A stretch of 64,000 bases of DNA from a bacterium (GTDB lineage: Bacteria; Desulfobacterota; DSWW01): positions 8,686 to 72,685 of the forward strand of contig JBFLZG010000103.1 of assembly GCA_040756235.1 (NCBI GenBank). Direction: 5' to 3'. This document shows, in pieces, positions 8,882 through 18,211 of the stretch. The notes under the pieces are model-generated. The model searched no databases, was not told the origin of the DNA, and worked only from the letters and a program-made list of their open reading frames with translations. Both the position numbers and the translations under genes were made by a program. The stretch's first letter is position 1. Each line of letters opens with the position of its first letter.

Positions 8882-9511
8882 ATGATCCAGCACACGCATC
8901 TTGGCGCCCTCAAGGCGCTGCCCCTGGTTCTCGGCGCTATTGCTCTCGCGTTCGGCTGCGGCGACATTCCGGGAGACGCCGACGAAACCGGCTCGGTCAT
9001 CAACGTGGAGATGATCACCGGGGTGTACGACGGACAAGACAGCAACACGGTGGACGCCGTTCAGGACCTGTGCGTGCAAGAGGAGGGGCCTGTCGAAGCG
9101 GAGCCCTTCTTCGACCATTTCGCCCGCGCCCTGATCACCAACCGCTCGCTGCCCAACAGCACGGAGCAGAGCGCGAGCCCGGTGTACATCCATTCCTATA
9201 CGGTAACCTATCAGCTGGCTGGAAACGTGCCGGCGCCGAATCTCGATCCCTATGTGGAGGTACCCCTCCTGGATAGCCGGGGGATCGAGCCCTGCCAGTC
9301 GGGCAGCCAATGCGCGCCCACGGAATATGTGGGGCTGAAGTTCATGGACGTGGCGAAGAGGGCGGAATATGTGAGCAAAGGCGGAGATCCCTTCCAAGAG
9401 GCGACTTACAACATCAATTACACCTTCCGAGGTGAGAACCTGTTCGGCGAGGATTTCACCTTCGGGGGCAGCACCAACTTCACCATTACAGACTACGATA
9501 ACTGCGACTGA
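8882..9511 (+). CDS. Hypothetical acidic, beta-rich lipoprotein downstream of pilQ
   Basis: Lipobox LAFGC; coding-like composition. Confidence 0.75.
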   Translation: MIQHTHLGALKALPLVLGAIALAFGCGDIPGDADETGSVINVEMITGVYDGQDSNTVDAVQDLCVQEEGPVEAEPFFDHFARALITNRSLPNSTEQSASPVYIHSYTVTYQLAGNVPAPNLDPYVEVPLLDSRGIEPCQSGSQCAPTEYVGLKFMDVAKRAEYVSKGGDPFQEATYNINYTFRGENLFGEDFTFGGSTNFTITDYDNCD

Positions 9512-9513
9512 CG

Positions 9514-9745
9514 GTAGGGGCAGGTTTGAAACCTGCCCCTACATGCTCGCCTTCTCAGTCATTCCCGGTCATGATCACGCAGGGAGAGCACCTCCAAGGA
9601 TGGGATGGAGACCTCCATCCCATCCGGCGGTACCACCCGGGGTTGCAGGCGCGCTGGTTGCTGTGCCCAGGATCCCGGGACGGGCGACGCATGCGTCGTT
9701 GCCGCAAGGCCAGGGGGAGGGCAGGTTTGAAACCTTGCCCCTATT
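9514..9745. repeat. REP-like hairpin pair between convergent genes
   Basis: GTAGGGGCAGGTTTGAAACCTGCCCCTAC at 9514-9542 and a degenerate copy GGGCAGGTTTGAAACCTTGCCCCTAT ending near 9744. Confidence 0.75.
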
Positions 9746-10523
9746 ATAGTTCTTCTGGAGGGGCCGGCGGCTGTTCCTTGGCGAGGACGAACGAATAGGT
9801 GTAGACGATCTCGCCACCGGCAGAGTCCTTGACCGAAATCAGGATGGTGTGCTCTCCGAGCTCCTGCTCCGGCGGCCTCCACGAGATCTTGCCGTCGGAG
9901 TCGATCTCGAGGCCCTTGGGCCCTTCCACGACGGCGAAGTCGAGGGGATCCCCGTCAGGATCGGAGGCCACGACTCGCGTCTCATAGCTCTGACCGTCAA
10001 AGCGCGGTCCGGCGAGCTCCCGGACAGCGGGAGGAGAGTTGCCGACGGTTACGGACGCACGGCCGGGGGCCGCTCCGTCGGGCTCTCCCATGCAGCCGAC
10101 CAGAACGGACACTGTGTCTCCCCGCTTGAAGGCTCCCGCGAACGTCTCCCCGCGCTCCTCCTGGATTTCCACCTCGTTCACGGACCAGTGGTAGTCCGGC
10201 ATCGGGCACGGATCGGGCTCGGAGGGATCGAGCTCGACGCGGATCGTGTCCCCGACCCTGGGAAGGCGAGGGAGCAGCTCGACCCGCAATTCCGTGCGAG
10301 CCTGGCTCGAGCCGGAGTGGATGCCGGCCGGCACTGCTCCAAGCTCAGGCTCTGCGCTTCCCGCCGGGTGCGTGTCGCTCAGCGGACCGTCCTGCTCGGA
10401 GGGTCGGGCCTCCGGGGACTGCGGGGGGGATCCGGACTCCGGAGAACAGGAGGCCAGGGCGGCGCCGAGCCAGACGATCAGCAGCCCCGAGCAGCGGCAC
10501 CGATTCCATCTCTTCGCGAGCAT
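9744..10523 (-). CDS. Lipoprotein with cadherin/He_PIG-like Ig domain
   Basis: Lipobox LASC; NSPP..ASDPDGDPLDFAVVEGPKGLEIDSDGKISWRP Ig-like motif. Confidence 0.75.
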   Translation of the reverse strand: MLAKRWNRCRCSGLLIVWLGAALASCSPESGSPPQSPEARPSEQDGPLSDTHPAGSAEPELGAVPAGIHSGSSQARTELRVELLPRLPRVGDTIRVELDPSEPDPCPMPDYHWSVNEVEIQEERGETFAGAFKRGDTVSVLVGCMGEPDGAAPGRASVTVGNSPPAVRELAGPRFDGQSYETRVVASDPDGDPLDFAVVEGPKGLEIDSDGKISWRPPEQELGEHTILISVKDSAGGEIVYTYSFVLAKEQPPAPPEEL

Positions 10524-10581
10524 TTTCGTTCTCCCGATCTGGCTACTCATCCAAACGCATTTGGTGATGAGACAAGTTGTC

Positions 10582-10679
10582 ACCCTCACCTTGATCCTCT
10601 CCCCTTGAAGAGGTTAACAATGAGGCGACCTGGCAATACCCTCGCCCCCGCAGGGGGAGAGGGCCGGGGTGAGGGGGGA
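10582..10679. repeat. BoxC-like CCCTCACC...GGGGAGAGGG repeat pair
   Basis: CCCTCACCTTGATCCTCTCCCC and CCCTCGCCCCCGCAGGGGGAGAGGGCCGGGGTGAGGGG in inverted arrangement. Confidence 0.6.
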
Positions 10680-10712
10680 AGAGAGCCTGCATGTAAAATT
10701 CATGCGTTCCTA

Positions 10713-11435
10713 TTACTCGCCACCGCCGACCACGTGGGAGACCTTGCGGTAAACGGTCGAGACTTCTGAGGAGAGGGACGAGGAGGCCTGCGGCACCGCC
10801 TGAGCGCGGACTGCATAATAGATGGCCACGGAGCCGGCCCCGGCGCCCTTGCCGACACCCTCGTATCCGGCGGCGAACTCGATGCTGGACCCTACCAGGA
10901 TCTGCGCGCGCAGGCGGTCGATGTCCACCCCGACTTCGGCATTCGAGAAGGTGCTGTCCGAGGGCGCAGTAAGCGTGAAGGTGAGATCGGTGGCGCCGGT
11001 ACCCGGATTGGCCGGGTCGGGCGGGCTCTTGGGATCGGCCGTGTCGGCCGAATGGCCGTCCTCGGCGAAGTTGTCGTTTCCGGGAAAGCCCTGGACGTCT
11101 GCCAGGAGGTTGGAGTCCCTGCGAAACAGGCTCAGGTAAAGCTTCCCGTCCACGAGGGGAATGGAAGCGGTTCCGGGATAGTCGGTGTCGGGGTCCACGG
11201 CGTCGTCCAGGTGGTCCAGAATGGTCTGCACGCCGAGGTCCGCCGCTCCGTCGGCCAGGTTGAAGTCCTGCTGGAACTGCCTCCGGTTGCCCGCCATGCG
11301 CACGTCGGAGGATGTGTCGCTCGCCATGCCGAGGGCGATCAGCGAGACCGAGGCAAGGATGAGCAGGGACGAGATCAGGACCATTCCGTCCTTTCGAGCC
11401 AGAGCCGCGACGATGTAGGGTGCATGCTTCTTCAC
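10713..11435 (-). CDS. pilX: PilX-family minor pilin (set 2)
   Basis: RKDG|MVLISSLLIL, MAGNRR...FNLADG; GTGA overlap with the pilV stop. Confidence 0.8.
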   Translation of the reverse strand: MKKHAPYIVAALARKDGMVLISSLLILASVSLIALGMASDTSSDVRMAGNRRQFQQDFNLADGAADLGVQTILDHLDDAVDPDTDYPGTASIPLVDGKLYLSLFRRDSNLLADVQGFPGNDNFAEDGHSADTADPKSPPDPANPGTGATDLTFTLTAPSDSTFSNAEVGVDIDRLRAQILVGSSIEFAAGYEGVGKGAGAGSVAIYYAVRAQAVPQASSSLSSEVSTVYRKVSHVVGGGE

Positions 11436-12190
11436 GAGAAGTCCCCCGTCTTGAAGCCTCTCTCGAACGTGGTGAGGGTCATGGAGTAATCGACTCCCTT
11501 TTCCTTCCAGCGGATGACCGCATGGACCGTCTTCAGCTCGCGGATGCGGGCGTTGGGGTTGGCCGACAGCCCGCTCCAGTCGGCCACGTCCCACTCGATC
11601 TTATAAGCGGCCCCGGATTGATAGTCGGAATCGCTCGCGACCCCGCCGCAGTCCTTGAAAACATAGCTGGGACCCTGGGCGGGAAGGTCGTCGAAATTGA
11701 TGGTCCGCATCTGCTCGAGGTGGCCGGCTCCGGCCGTGCTGGCCCGGCTCATGGACCTGGAGAAGGTGCGGCCGTTGACGCTCTGGAACTGCAGCCCCAC
11801 GTATCCCAGGACGCCGACCGAGAGCACGGCCAGGGCGATGAGGACTTCCAGCAAAGTGAAGCCGCTGCGACCGGGGAAGCGCCGAGCGCTCGAGCAGACC
11901 GGGTTGGCGGACACGCTTCGCTTTGTCCACCGCACCGGCCGTTTCCAGGCGCCGGGTCTCCGTGGGTTGGTGGACACGCTTCGCTTTGTCCACCCTACAG
12001 GGATGCCATGCCCGCCCGCCGCTCGGGCAGGGCAAGCCCTGCCCCTACAAGAATACCGTGCCGTGCCGGGTGGACACACCTTCGGCTTTGTCCGCCCCGC
12101 CGGCCGTTTCCAGGCGCGGGATCTCCATGAGTTGGTGGACACGCTTCGCTTTGTCCACCCTACCGGCCGTCCGGGATTGGCAGGATGCAT
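11432..12190 (-). CDS. pilV: PilV minor pilin (set 2) with a ~110-aa repeat-derived leader
   Basis: SG|FTLLEVLIALAVLSVGVLG; ATG at 12190 preceded by GGAGG, 20 bp after the pilW stop; frame open through the REP copies. Confidence 0.8.
   Translation of the reverse strand: MHPANPGRPVGWTKRSVSTNSWRSRAWKRPAGRTKPKVCPPGTARYSCRGRACPARAAGGHGIPVGWTKRSVSTNPRRPGAWKRPVRWTKRSVSANPVCSSARRFPGRSGFTLLEVLIALAVLSVGVLGYVGLQFQSVNGRTFSRSMSRASTAGAGHLEQMRTINFDDLPAQGPSYVFKDCGGVASDSDYQSGAAYKIEWDVADWSGLSANPNARIRELKTVHAVIRWKEKGVDYSMTLTTFERGFKTGDFS
11902..12166 (-). repeat. Cluster of GTAG-type REP hairpins inside the pilV leader
   Basis: Four copies or variants of GTAGGGTGGACAAAGCGAAGCGTGTCCACC plus one GTAGGGGCAGGGCTTGCCCTGCCC. 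Confidence 0.85.
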
Positions 12191-12210
12191 TCCGGTGCCC
12201 TCCGCGCACC

Positions 12211-13404
12211 TCAGAGATTGCGGTTTCGGACCATCACCGTCTCGACCAGCAGATGGCGATGGTAGCGGTAGTCGAAGTCCGAATCGATGCCGTCTGCATC
12301 GCTCGTGTCGAGCTGGATCGTGTGGTCCGCGAGCGTATAACTGTAGCTCGGCGGGTCCTGCACGTCTCCGAGGTCCCGGTGGTTCGGCTCGGGCAGCAGG
12401 CTCCGGGCGAGGATGAAGACCCGTACGGCCCGGATCCTTTCCTCGTTGCCCGTGGGATCGTCCACGTACTCGGCCGGATCGATGACGCCGCTCTCGTCGG
12501 CGTCCCATCCGTATTGAAACTGCAAATCTTCGATCCCTTCGGCGACCTCTGCCAGAGGTCCGTCCGCCAGATCGAGATCCTGTGTGTTGTCGAAGATGAC
12601 CAGGTCCGGGATGCCGTCTCCGTCTCGGTCGTCGCTCGAGCTTGTGTCTCCGTCCAGGTCGTGGGGCGTTGCCTTGTCCTTCTGGTCGACCATGATCGTA
12701 TAGAGGTTCACGCGGAACATCTTGTCACCGGCGCGGACCGTACGGGGCGCGGACAGGGTGACGTCGGATCCGGCGATGGCCAGGATCCGGAGGAAGCGGT
12801 TCTCGTCCCATGGGGCGATATAGACGTAGCGAAGGGTGGGCGGATTGAACTCGTTCAGGACCTCCTCCGGCGGCATGTCCAGCCTCAGGACGGTGCTGTC
12901 GCTGGCGTCTGCCTGGATGAGGGCACGGCTGCCCAGGGCGGTGACAACGCTCAATACGTCGGGCCCGTCGGAGTGGTTCTCGGCCGTGAACACGCCGGAA
13001 GCACTGCGATGTGAGCCTTGGATCGGCTCGTTGGCGTAGGGCGGGAAGTTCTCCCGGCAGCCGAGACCGGCATTGCGGATGAGGCGCGTCACCTGGTCCG
13101 TGGCGAGCCGGGCGTTGAGCTGCATGTCCCTGAGGCCCGCTTCCCCCTCGTAGCTTCTCTTCTGCACCACGTAGCCTCCGGCAATGCCGATCACCAGGAC
13201 CCCGGAGACCACCAGCGTGACCAGGAGCTCGGTCAGACTGAAGCCGCCCTGGGAGCGGATCTGCACGGATCGCGGTCCGGCCCGGCGGAGACGTCTCACG
13301 GCCTCTTCGCTGCCGGCCGGACTGCCGGGCGAGCCGTCCCGCGCCGCATGCGACCGCTCGGAGGTTTTCACGGACAGGTGCCGCAGAGGGAACATTCTGC
13401 GCAT
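12211..13404 (-). CDS. pilW: PilW-family minor pilin (set 2)
   Basis: QGG|FSLTELLVTL, MQLNARLA..IRNAG, VAEGIEDLQFQYGWD, IRAVRVFILARS, VMVRN C-terminus; 54-aa leader if the start is 13404. Confidence 0.85.
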   Translation of the reverse strand: MRRMFPLRHLSVKTSERSHAARDGSPGSPAGSEEAVRRLRRAGPRSVQIRSQGGFSLTELLVTLVVSGVLVIGIAGGYVVQKRSYEGEAGLRDMQLNARLATDQVTRLIRNAGLGCRENFPPYANEPIQGSHRSASGVFTAENHSDGPDVLSVVTALGSRALIQADASDSTVLRLDMPPEEVLNEFNPPTLRYVYIAPWDENRFLRILAIAGSDVTLSAPRTVRAGDKMFRVNLYTIMVDQKDKATPHDLDGDTSSSDDRDGDGIPDLVIFDNTQDLDLADGPLAEVAEGIEDLQFQYGWDADESGVIDPAEYVDDPTGNEERIRAVRVFILARSLLPEPNHRDLGDVQDPPSYSYTLADHTIQLDTSDADGIDSDFDYRYHRHLLVETVMVRNRNL

Positions 13405-14390
13405 GTCTCTTCCTTTTGCCCGACTTGAATGCGTCCCACGTGGTTGATCTCGACCGGATAAGAAAGGGTCAGACAACGGCTCGAGCAGTGGCCCGGGTCG
13501 GTGCGGATCGAGGTCTCCAGGTCGAGCCCGGCCGAGTGGCTCGCTCCGACCGGCGTGAACCGCAGCGGAGGCGTACTGGCTAGGGAAACGGATGCATCGA
13601 TCGGTTCGGCCAGGACCTCGAGGTCCGTGGCCGGGCTGAATGCGTCGTTATCGTCCCGGTCGACGTACAGCACATAACAGCGATCGTGCGCATTGACGGA
13701 TCCGTCATGGTTGCAGTCGAACGGCGGGGTGCTGGTGAAGAATGCCACCTTGACGTCGACGCCCCTGGCCAACGCCTCGTGCTTGGCCTTTTCCAGGCGG
13801 AACCGCAGGTCCCGTGTGAAGCCCCTGAGCTTGGTGTCGTTGGAGCTGATCTCGACCGCGGCAAGGGTGGAGCAGATTCCGATCAGGGCGAGCACCACCA
13901 TGAGCTCGACCAGGCTGAAGCCCCCTGCTCGCCCCGAGGCCGGCGCGCAGCCGGAGTTGGCGGACAAGGTTCGCTTTGTCCACCCTACCGAGTGCTCACG
14001 CGGCTCGCGGGGCACGGTGGGTGTGCCGCCGAGGAGGCGAGGGCGAGTCGCGGAGGCCGTCACGAGTCCCGAAGGCCGGGGAACGCAGCCCTGTTTCTCG
14101 TTATCTCGCCCTATGGCCCGATTTTCGGGCCAGGCTGGTGTGCCCCGTGAACACCCGGCCCGGGACGAGGGACGAAAAGGGCGGCCCGCCCGAAGGGCCG
14201 CAGTCTCCGACCCTCGGGAGGAGAACGGGCCGGAGCGTTCTGAGCCCGAGACGATAGAGGGCGGTGCACCCACCCCACCCGACGTGACAATGCACCCGTC
14301 ATGGGGCGGCCGGCACGCCCGCGATCCAGCGGCCACGATTGGCGGACACGCGTTGGGCTTACTCCACCCTATCGAGTGTTTCCAGTTCAT
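13368..14390 (-). CDS. fimT: FimT/GspH-like minor pilin (set 2) with a long repeat-containing leader
   Basis: GG|FSLVELMVVLALIG, LEKAKHEAL, RFTPVG, INHVGRI; ATG 1 bp after the pilY1 stop; true start uncertain. Confidence 0.7.
   Translation of the reverse strand: MNWKHSIGWSKPNACPPIVAAGSRACRPPHDGCIVTSGGVGAPPSIVSGSERSGPFSSRGSETAALRAGRPFRPSSRAGCSRGTPAWPENRAIGRDNEKQGCVPRPSGLVTASATRPRLLGGTPTVPREPREHSVGWTKRTLSANSGCAPASGRAGGFSLVELMVVLALIGICSTLAAVEISSNDTKLRGFTRDLRFRLEKAKHEALARGVDVKVAFFTSTPPFDCNHDGSVNAHDRCYVLYVDRDDNDAFSPATDLEVLAEPIDASVSLASTPPLRFTPVGASHSAGLDLETSIRTDPGHCSSRCLTLSYPVEINHVGRIQVGQKEETCAECSLCGTCP
13956..14380 (-). repeat. REP hairpin variants inside the fimT leader
   Basis: GTAGGGTGGACAAAGCGAACCTTGTCCGCC (~13960-13990) and ATAGGGTGGAGTAAGCCCAACGCGTGTCCGCC (~14341-14372), same family as in pilV. 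Confidence 0.75.
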
Positions 14391-14391
14391 G

Positions 14392-17300
14392 TCATTTCTC
14401 GTACCAGATGACGTTGCCGCTCTTCTGGTGGAAAGGGGTCTTCATGAGGATCTCGCGGATCTCTCCGGTGCTTTGCTGGACGTAGATCTTGCCTCCCTTC
14501 TCCTGGCCGACGTGGATGGCGAGGCTGGAAGGTCTTCCCATCTCGAGGTCCAGCGATCTCTCCAGCGACGTCCCTGCAGGAGGCGGCTGGAAGCTGAAGA
14601 CGTCCTCGCTGTAGGCCGTGCCGGTCTCGTAGTACACGGCATAGAGACGCCCCTGCCCGCCGAACCCGCACACGTCCGCGTCCGGCTTGAAGGAGGTGAA
14701 CATGGTGAGGCCGCCGAAGACGCTTGGTTTCTCCAGGACCCGCTCGCCCGCGTCCGGTCCTGCGGTTTCGACGAGGTCCATGACCCAACCGTAGGTCGGA
14801 AACGACTCGCTGCCCCGCATGGCCTCGAGCATGTCTTCCCACTGGCTGCCGTCCGGGACCTCGGTGGACCCGGAGACCGTGCTGTTCGGCTCGCCGTACG
14901 TGACGGTCACGTTCGTCACATCGATCAGGTCCGCCGGCTCGCTTGCTTCGGCGCTGCCGCCGTCGGCGAGGGTCCTGTCCTTGACGCCGTAAAAGCTCTG
15001 CGTCGTGAGCATGAGCTTGTCCTCGGCCGAGAAGAAGCGGCCGGTGCCCCAGTAGATCCAGGGCGTGTTCAGGTGGTCGGCGCCGATCGCCGGGGCGGCC
15101 GTGATGGACTGGCCGCTGCGCGTGGAGGCCAGCACGGATGCCGACCAGCTGCCGGGTGTCTGGTATCCCCCCTCCGTGGTCCCGATCAGCAGGCGGTAGA
15201 GCTTGCCTCGCCAGATACCGCTCACCAGGTAGCTCGCGCCGATGTAAGCCGCGTTCGTGTTGTAGTCGAGATTCAAATCCACGGTCGCCGCCCCGCCCGC
15301 GAAGCCGGCGCTGTCGAGCTGGAAGCGCCGCATGAGGGTCCCCGTGCGCAGATCCAGCACGTAGACCGAGACCGCCTGGCTGCTTAGGCCTGCGTAGTCC
15401 GTGGGGCCGGAGCCGAACACGGCATGCCAGCTGCCCGGCGCGTCCGGGTCCCCGATGCGCGCGACGGCGGGATAGGAGGTCGTGAACCCGAGGTTCGTGG
15501 GATCGGTGAACTCCCAGAGCAGATCGGGGGCCCCGGGGTTGGTGATGTCCAGGGCGAAGAAGCAGGAGGACCAGGTGTGCGGATCGTTGCTGGCGCCGTT
15601 CAGATCGAAGTCGCTGGCCGGGTACGTGCCTCCGCCCAGGGCGAGGCCGCCGATGAGAACGGTTCCCCACCCTCCCGGATGGGTGCCGTCATCCGGAAAG
15701 ATCCGGGCGTCGACGATCTTCGGCTTCAGGTCCACGTAATAGACGTGCGTATAGTTCGGGTCGGCCAACCAGCGCAGGTGAGGCAGCAGGTTGTGGGGCA
15801 CGTAGGTCCAGATTTCCTCGCCCGACTCGGGGGTGAACCCGAGGGCGCTGGTGAAGTACGACGGGTACTCGTCCGTGTAGCGGCCGTGCTCGCGGCTTTC
15901 GGTCCCGCTGTCCTCACCGGACCGGTAGCAGCCTGCGTTGAAGGCGTGAAGCATGCCGTCGTTGGCGCCGACGTAAATGACCGTCGGTCTGGGCACGAGG
16001 TCGCCCGCGGTCCCTCGGGCATACTTGCGTTCGAACTCTCCGTAAGTCGGGTCGCTGTAGATGTCGTCGTAGTTCTCCATGGGCCTCGAGACCACGGCCG
16101 GCGTGGAGTAGACGATGTCGCCGAGCCGCCAGGTCGCTTCCGCGTCCGGCAGCGTGTCGCCGTTGGTGTCGACGAACATTCTGCGCGAGCGCGTGCCGGA
16201 AAGATCTTCTCCCAGCGTGTAGCGAATGACGGTTTCGGCCTCGCTCGCGGTCGCGGCGCGCAGGTAGTTCTTCAAGGTCAAGGCCTCTCCGGGCAGCATT
16301 TGCATGAGGTTGCTCTGGTCCAAGGTCGTGAAGATCTTGCGCGGCCGGCTGGTGAGGTCCCGCAAGGCCAGCTTCTTCCCCGCCTCCCACAGCGAGCGGG
16401 TGTCCTCGAGCGAGATGTTGGTCTCGTCCCAGACCCCGTCTCCGTAGGGTCCGTCGGCCGAGACGAAATCCCGCTTGAGACGCGTCTCGTTCTGCTCGTC
16501 CAGGTAGAAGCGGACGATATCGTCTTCCTCGTAGATCAGCCGCTTGTCGCCGTTGTCTTCGCGCAGGTTGCCGTGATCGTCCACCCACAGTCCGTGGAGA
16601 AATCCGATCCAGTTGAGCTCCACATAGTCATTGTTCATGTATCGGATTTCCTTCGGCTTGAAGTAGGCCTGGAACAGGGATCCCTCGCCGTGGGCGCTGG
16701 TCGAAAGGATGGAGACCGCGGTTCCGGAAGAGGTCCTCCGAAGGATGTCGGTGATGGCGGCCTTCAGGCTCGTGGCGAGCTGCTCGCCGTCGTCGGCTTC
16801 GAAATAGGTGTCCGGGTCTCCGTCTCCGTTCTTGTCGTACTCTGCCTGGAGATCGGGCAGGAAGTTGCCGTTGCGATCGTCGAAGCTGCCGTTCCGCGCG
16901 GCTTGCTTGAGCAGGCGGCGACCGTCCGGAGAGGCGCTTCCGAACGCGGCGTAGACGAAGTAGGAGGTGATGAACTGGTTGCCCTGCAGGTCGGTCCTGA
17001 GGTCGCGGTACCTGTGACCCGCGACGTCCACCCGGCTCCACAAGGCGACATCATCGACATAGTGGGAGCCGTAGTTGGGATCGTACCAGAAGTAGTTGGG
17101 ATCCGACGGTCCGGCCCAGGCCGGGACCGCATCCGTGCCGTCGGTGTAACTCGGGTTGTATCCCTCGATGGCGGCGGGGAGGTTGCGGTCGTAGGTCGGC
17201 TCCCCGTCCGTGATGGCCAGAACGAAGCTCTTTGAGCACCAGATGTATTCGGTCGTGCCGCCGGTGCCGTAGTTGAAGGGGTCGGCCGCACTGCCTACCC

Positions 17301-18210
17301 GGTAGGATTGAGGATCCGGGCTGTAGTACCTCGGCCCGGTCGTCCCGGTGGTGCTGCTCTGGGCAAAGTAGCCGGTCGCGGTCCACAGGGCCTCGCCCAG
17401 AGGGGTCCAGGTGCCGGGCCGGTCGCCTTCGATGGCGGTGACCATGCTGCTCACGATGTCGTCGGTCATCTCCTTCACGACGCGTCCGCCCTGTTCGCTG
17501 TTGTAGAACATGAGGCCCATCCTGACATCGGTGCCGGTCTCCTGAATGACGCCGGTGGGCTCGCTGGAGAGGTGGACCTTGACGTTGTAGAGGTCGACGC
17601 AGGTGCACGGGCAGGAGCCCACGGAGGACCCCACCTTGAACTCGGACGTGCCGGCCGAACCGTACGTGAACGTGAAGCACCTGCGTCCGGAATAGGGGGT
17701 GTAGTTCTCCGCCAAGTCGACCTGCTTCATGTACCCTCTGGAGCTGGCGTCGGACTTCTCGGCCAGCAGGTCGTGCGGATCGCCCGGCAGGGACCTGGCC
17801 ACGCACTTGCCCCCCACGACGACCTTTCGGACGATGTCGATGCGCCGCATGGTGAGCCAATTCATGAAGCTTCCGTCCCACTCGTTGGCGAGCTTGGCCC
17901 GCACGCCCTTGCTGCCCGACTCCTCGAACAGGGTGCCCGTGTACACGTACCACATGTCCGGATCGAAGTAGCCGTAGTAGCGGGTGTTCGGATCGAACCC
18001 GGTGCTGGTGCCGCTTCCGTTGAAATTATAGGCGAAGTAGAACATGGAGCCCGAGTTGTCCATCAGGATGAGCACGTTCGGTCTGGGCGAAACGATGAGA
18101 AAGGGCGGATAAGCCGTATAGTCGGCCATCGTGGGTTCGGCGGGCGAGGAGCTTGCCGAAACGAAGACCGCACCGATGCAGATAAAGAGGACGATCGCGA
18201 TGCGCTTCAT
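14392..18210 (-). CDS. pilY1: PilY1/PilC tip adhesin (vWA domain plus beta-propeller)
   Basis: Signal peptide; NVLILMDNSGSM (MIDAS DxSxS), TPLGEAL, ITDGEP; RLGDIVYSTP, YVGANDGMLHAF, GTGRFF; several DxDGD-like Ca-binding loops. Confidence 0.93.
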   Translation of the reverse strand: MKRIAIVLFICIGAVFVSASSSPAEPTMADYTAYPPFLIVSPRPNVLILMDNSGSMFYFAYNFNGSGTSTGFDPNTRYYGYFDPDMWYVYTGTLFEESGSKGVRAKLANEWDGSFMNWLTMRRIDIVRKVVVGGKCVARSLPGDPHDLLAEKSDASSRGYMKQVDLAENYTPYSGRRCFTFTYGSAGTSEFKVGSSVGSCPCTCVDLYNVKVHLSSEPTGVIQETGTDVRMGLMFYNSEQGGRVVKEMTDDIVSSMVTAIEGDRPGTWTPLGEALWTATGYFAQSSTTGTTGPRYYSPDPQSYRVGSAADPFNYGTGGTTEYIWCSKSFVLAITDGEPTYDRNLPAAIEGYNPSYTDGTDAVPAWAGPSDPNYFWYDPNYGSHYVDDVALWSRVDVAGHRYRDLRTDLQGNQFITSYFVYAAFGSASPDGRRLLKQAARNGSFDDRNGNFLPDLQAEYDKNGDGDPDTYFEADDGEQLATSLKAAITDILRRTSSGTAVSILSTSAHGEGSLFQAYFKPKEIRYMNNDYVELNWIGFLHGLWVDDHGNLREDNGDKRLIYEEDDIVRFYLDEQNETRLKRDFVSADGPYGDGVWDETNISLEDTRSLWEAGKKLALRDLTSRPRKIFTTLDQSNLMQMLPGEALTLKNYLRAATASEAETVIRYTLGEDLSGTRSRRMFVDTNGDTLPDAEATWRLGDIVYSTPAVVSRPMENYDDIYSDPTYGEFERKYARGTAGDLVPRPTVIYVGANDGMLHAFNAGCYRSGEDSGTESREHGRYTDEYPSYFTSALGFTPESGEEIWTYVPHNLLPHLRWLADPNYTHVYYVDLKPKIVDARIFPDDGTHPGGWGTVLIGGLALGGGTYPASDFDLNGASNDPHTWSSCFFALDITNPGAPDLLWEFTDPTNLGFTTSYPAVARIGDPDAPGSWHAVFGSGPTDYAGLSSQAVSVYVLDLRTGTLMRRFQLDSAGFAGGAATVDLNLDYNTNAAYIGASYLVSGIWRGKLYRLLIGTTEGGYQTPGSWSASVLASTRSGQSITAAPAIGADHLNTPWIYWGTGRFFSAEDKLMLTTQSFYGVKDRTLADGGSAEASEPADLIDVTNVTVTYGEPNSTVSGSTEVPDGSQWEDMLEAMRGSESFPTYGWVMDLVETAGPDAGERVLEKPSVFGGLTMFTSFKPDADVCGFGGQGRLYAVYYETGTAYSEDVFSFQPPPAGTSLERSLDLEMGRPSSLAIHVGQEKGGKIYVQQSTGEIREILMKTPFHQKSGNVIWYEK

Positions 18211-18211
18211 G

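Noticed and set aside
5841..8882. 1013-aa antisense ORF over pilQ, and similar long shadow ORFs over mprF, pilY1 and others
   Set aside because: Typical stop-free antisense frames of GC-rich genes, with no recognisable motifs.
11902..12166. CRISPR array
   Set aside because: Spacing is irregular, the spacers are themselves duplicated, the repeats are degenerate GTAG-type hairpins, and no cas genes are in the window.
14000..14300. Self-cleaving ribozyme in the fimT leader
   Set aside because: The segment is GC-rich and palindromic, but no hammerhead CUGANGA/GAAA core was found.
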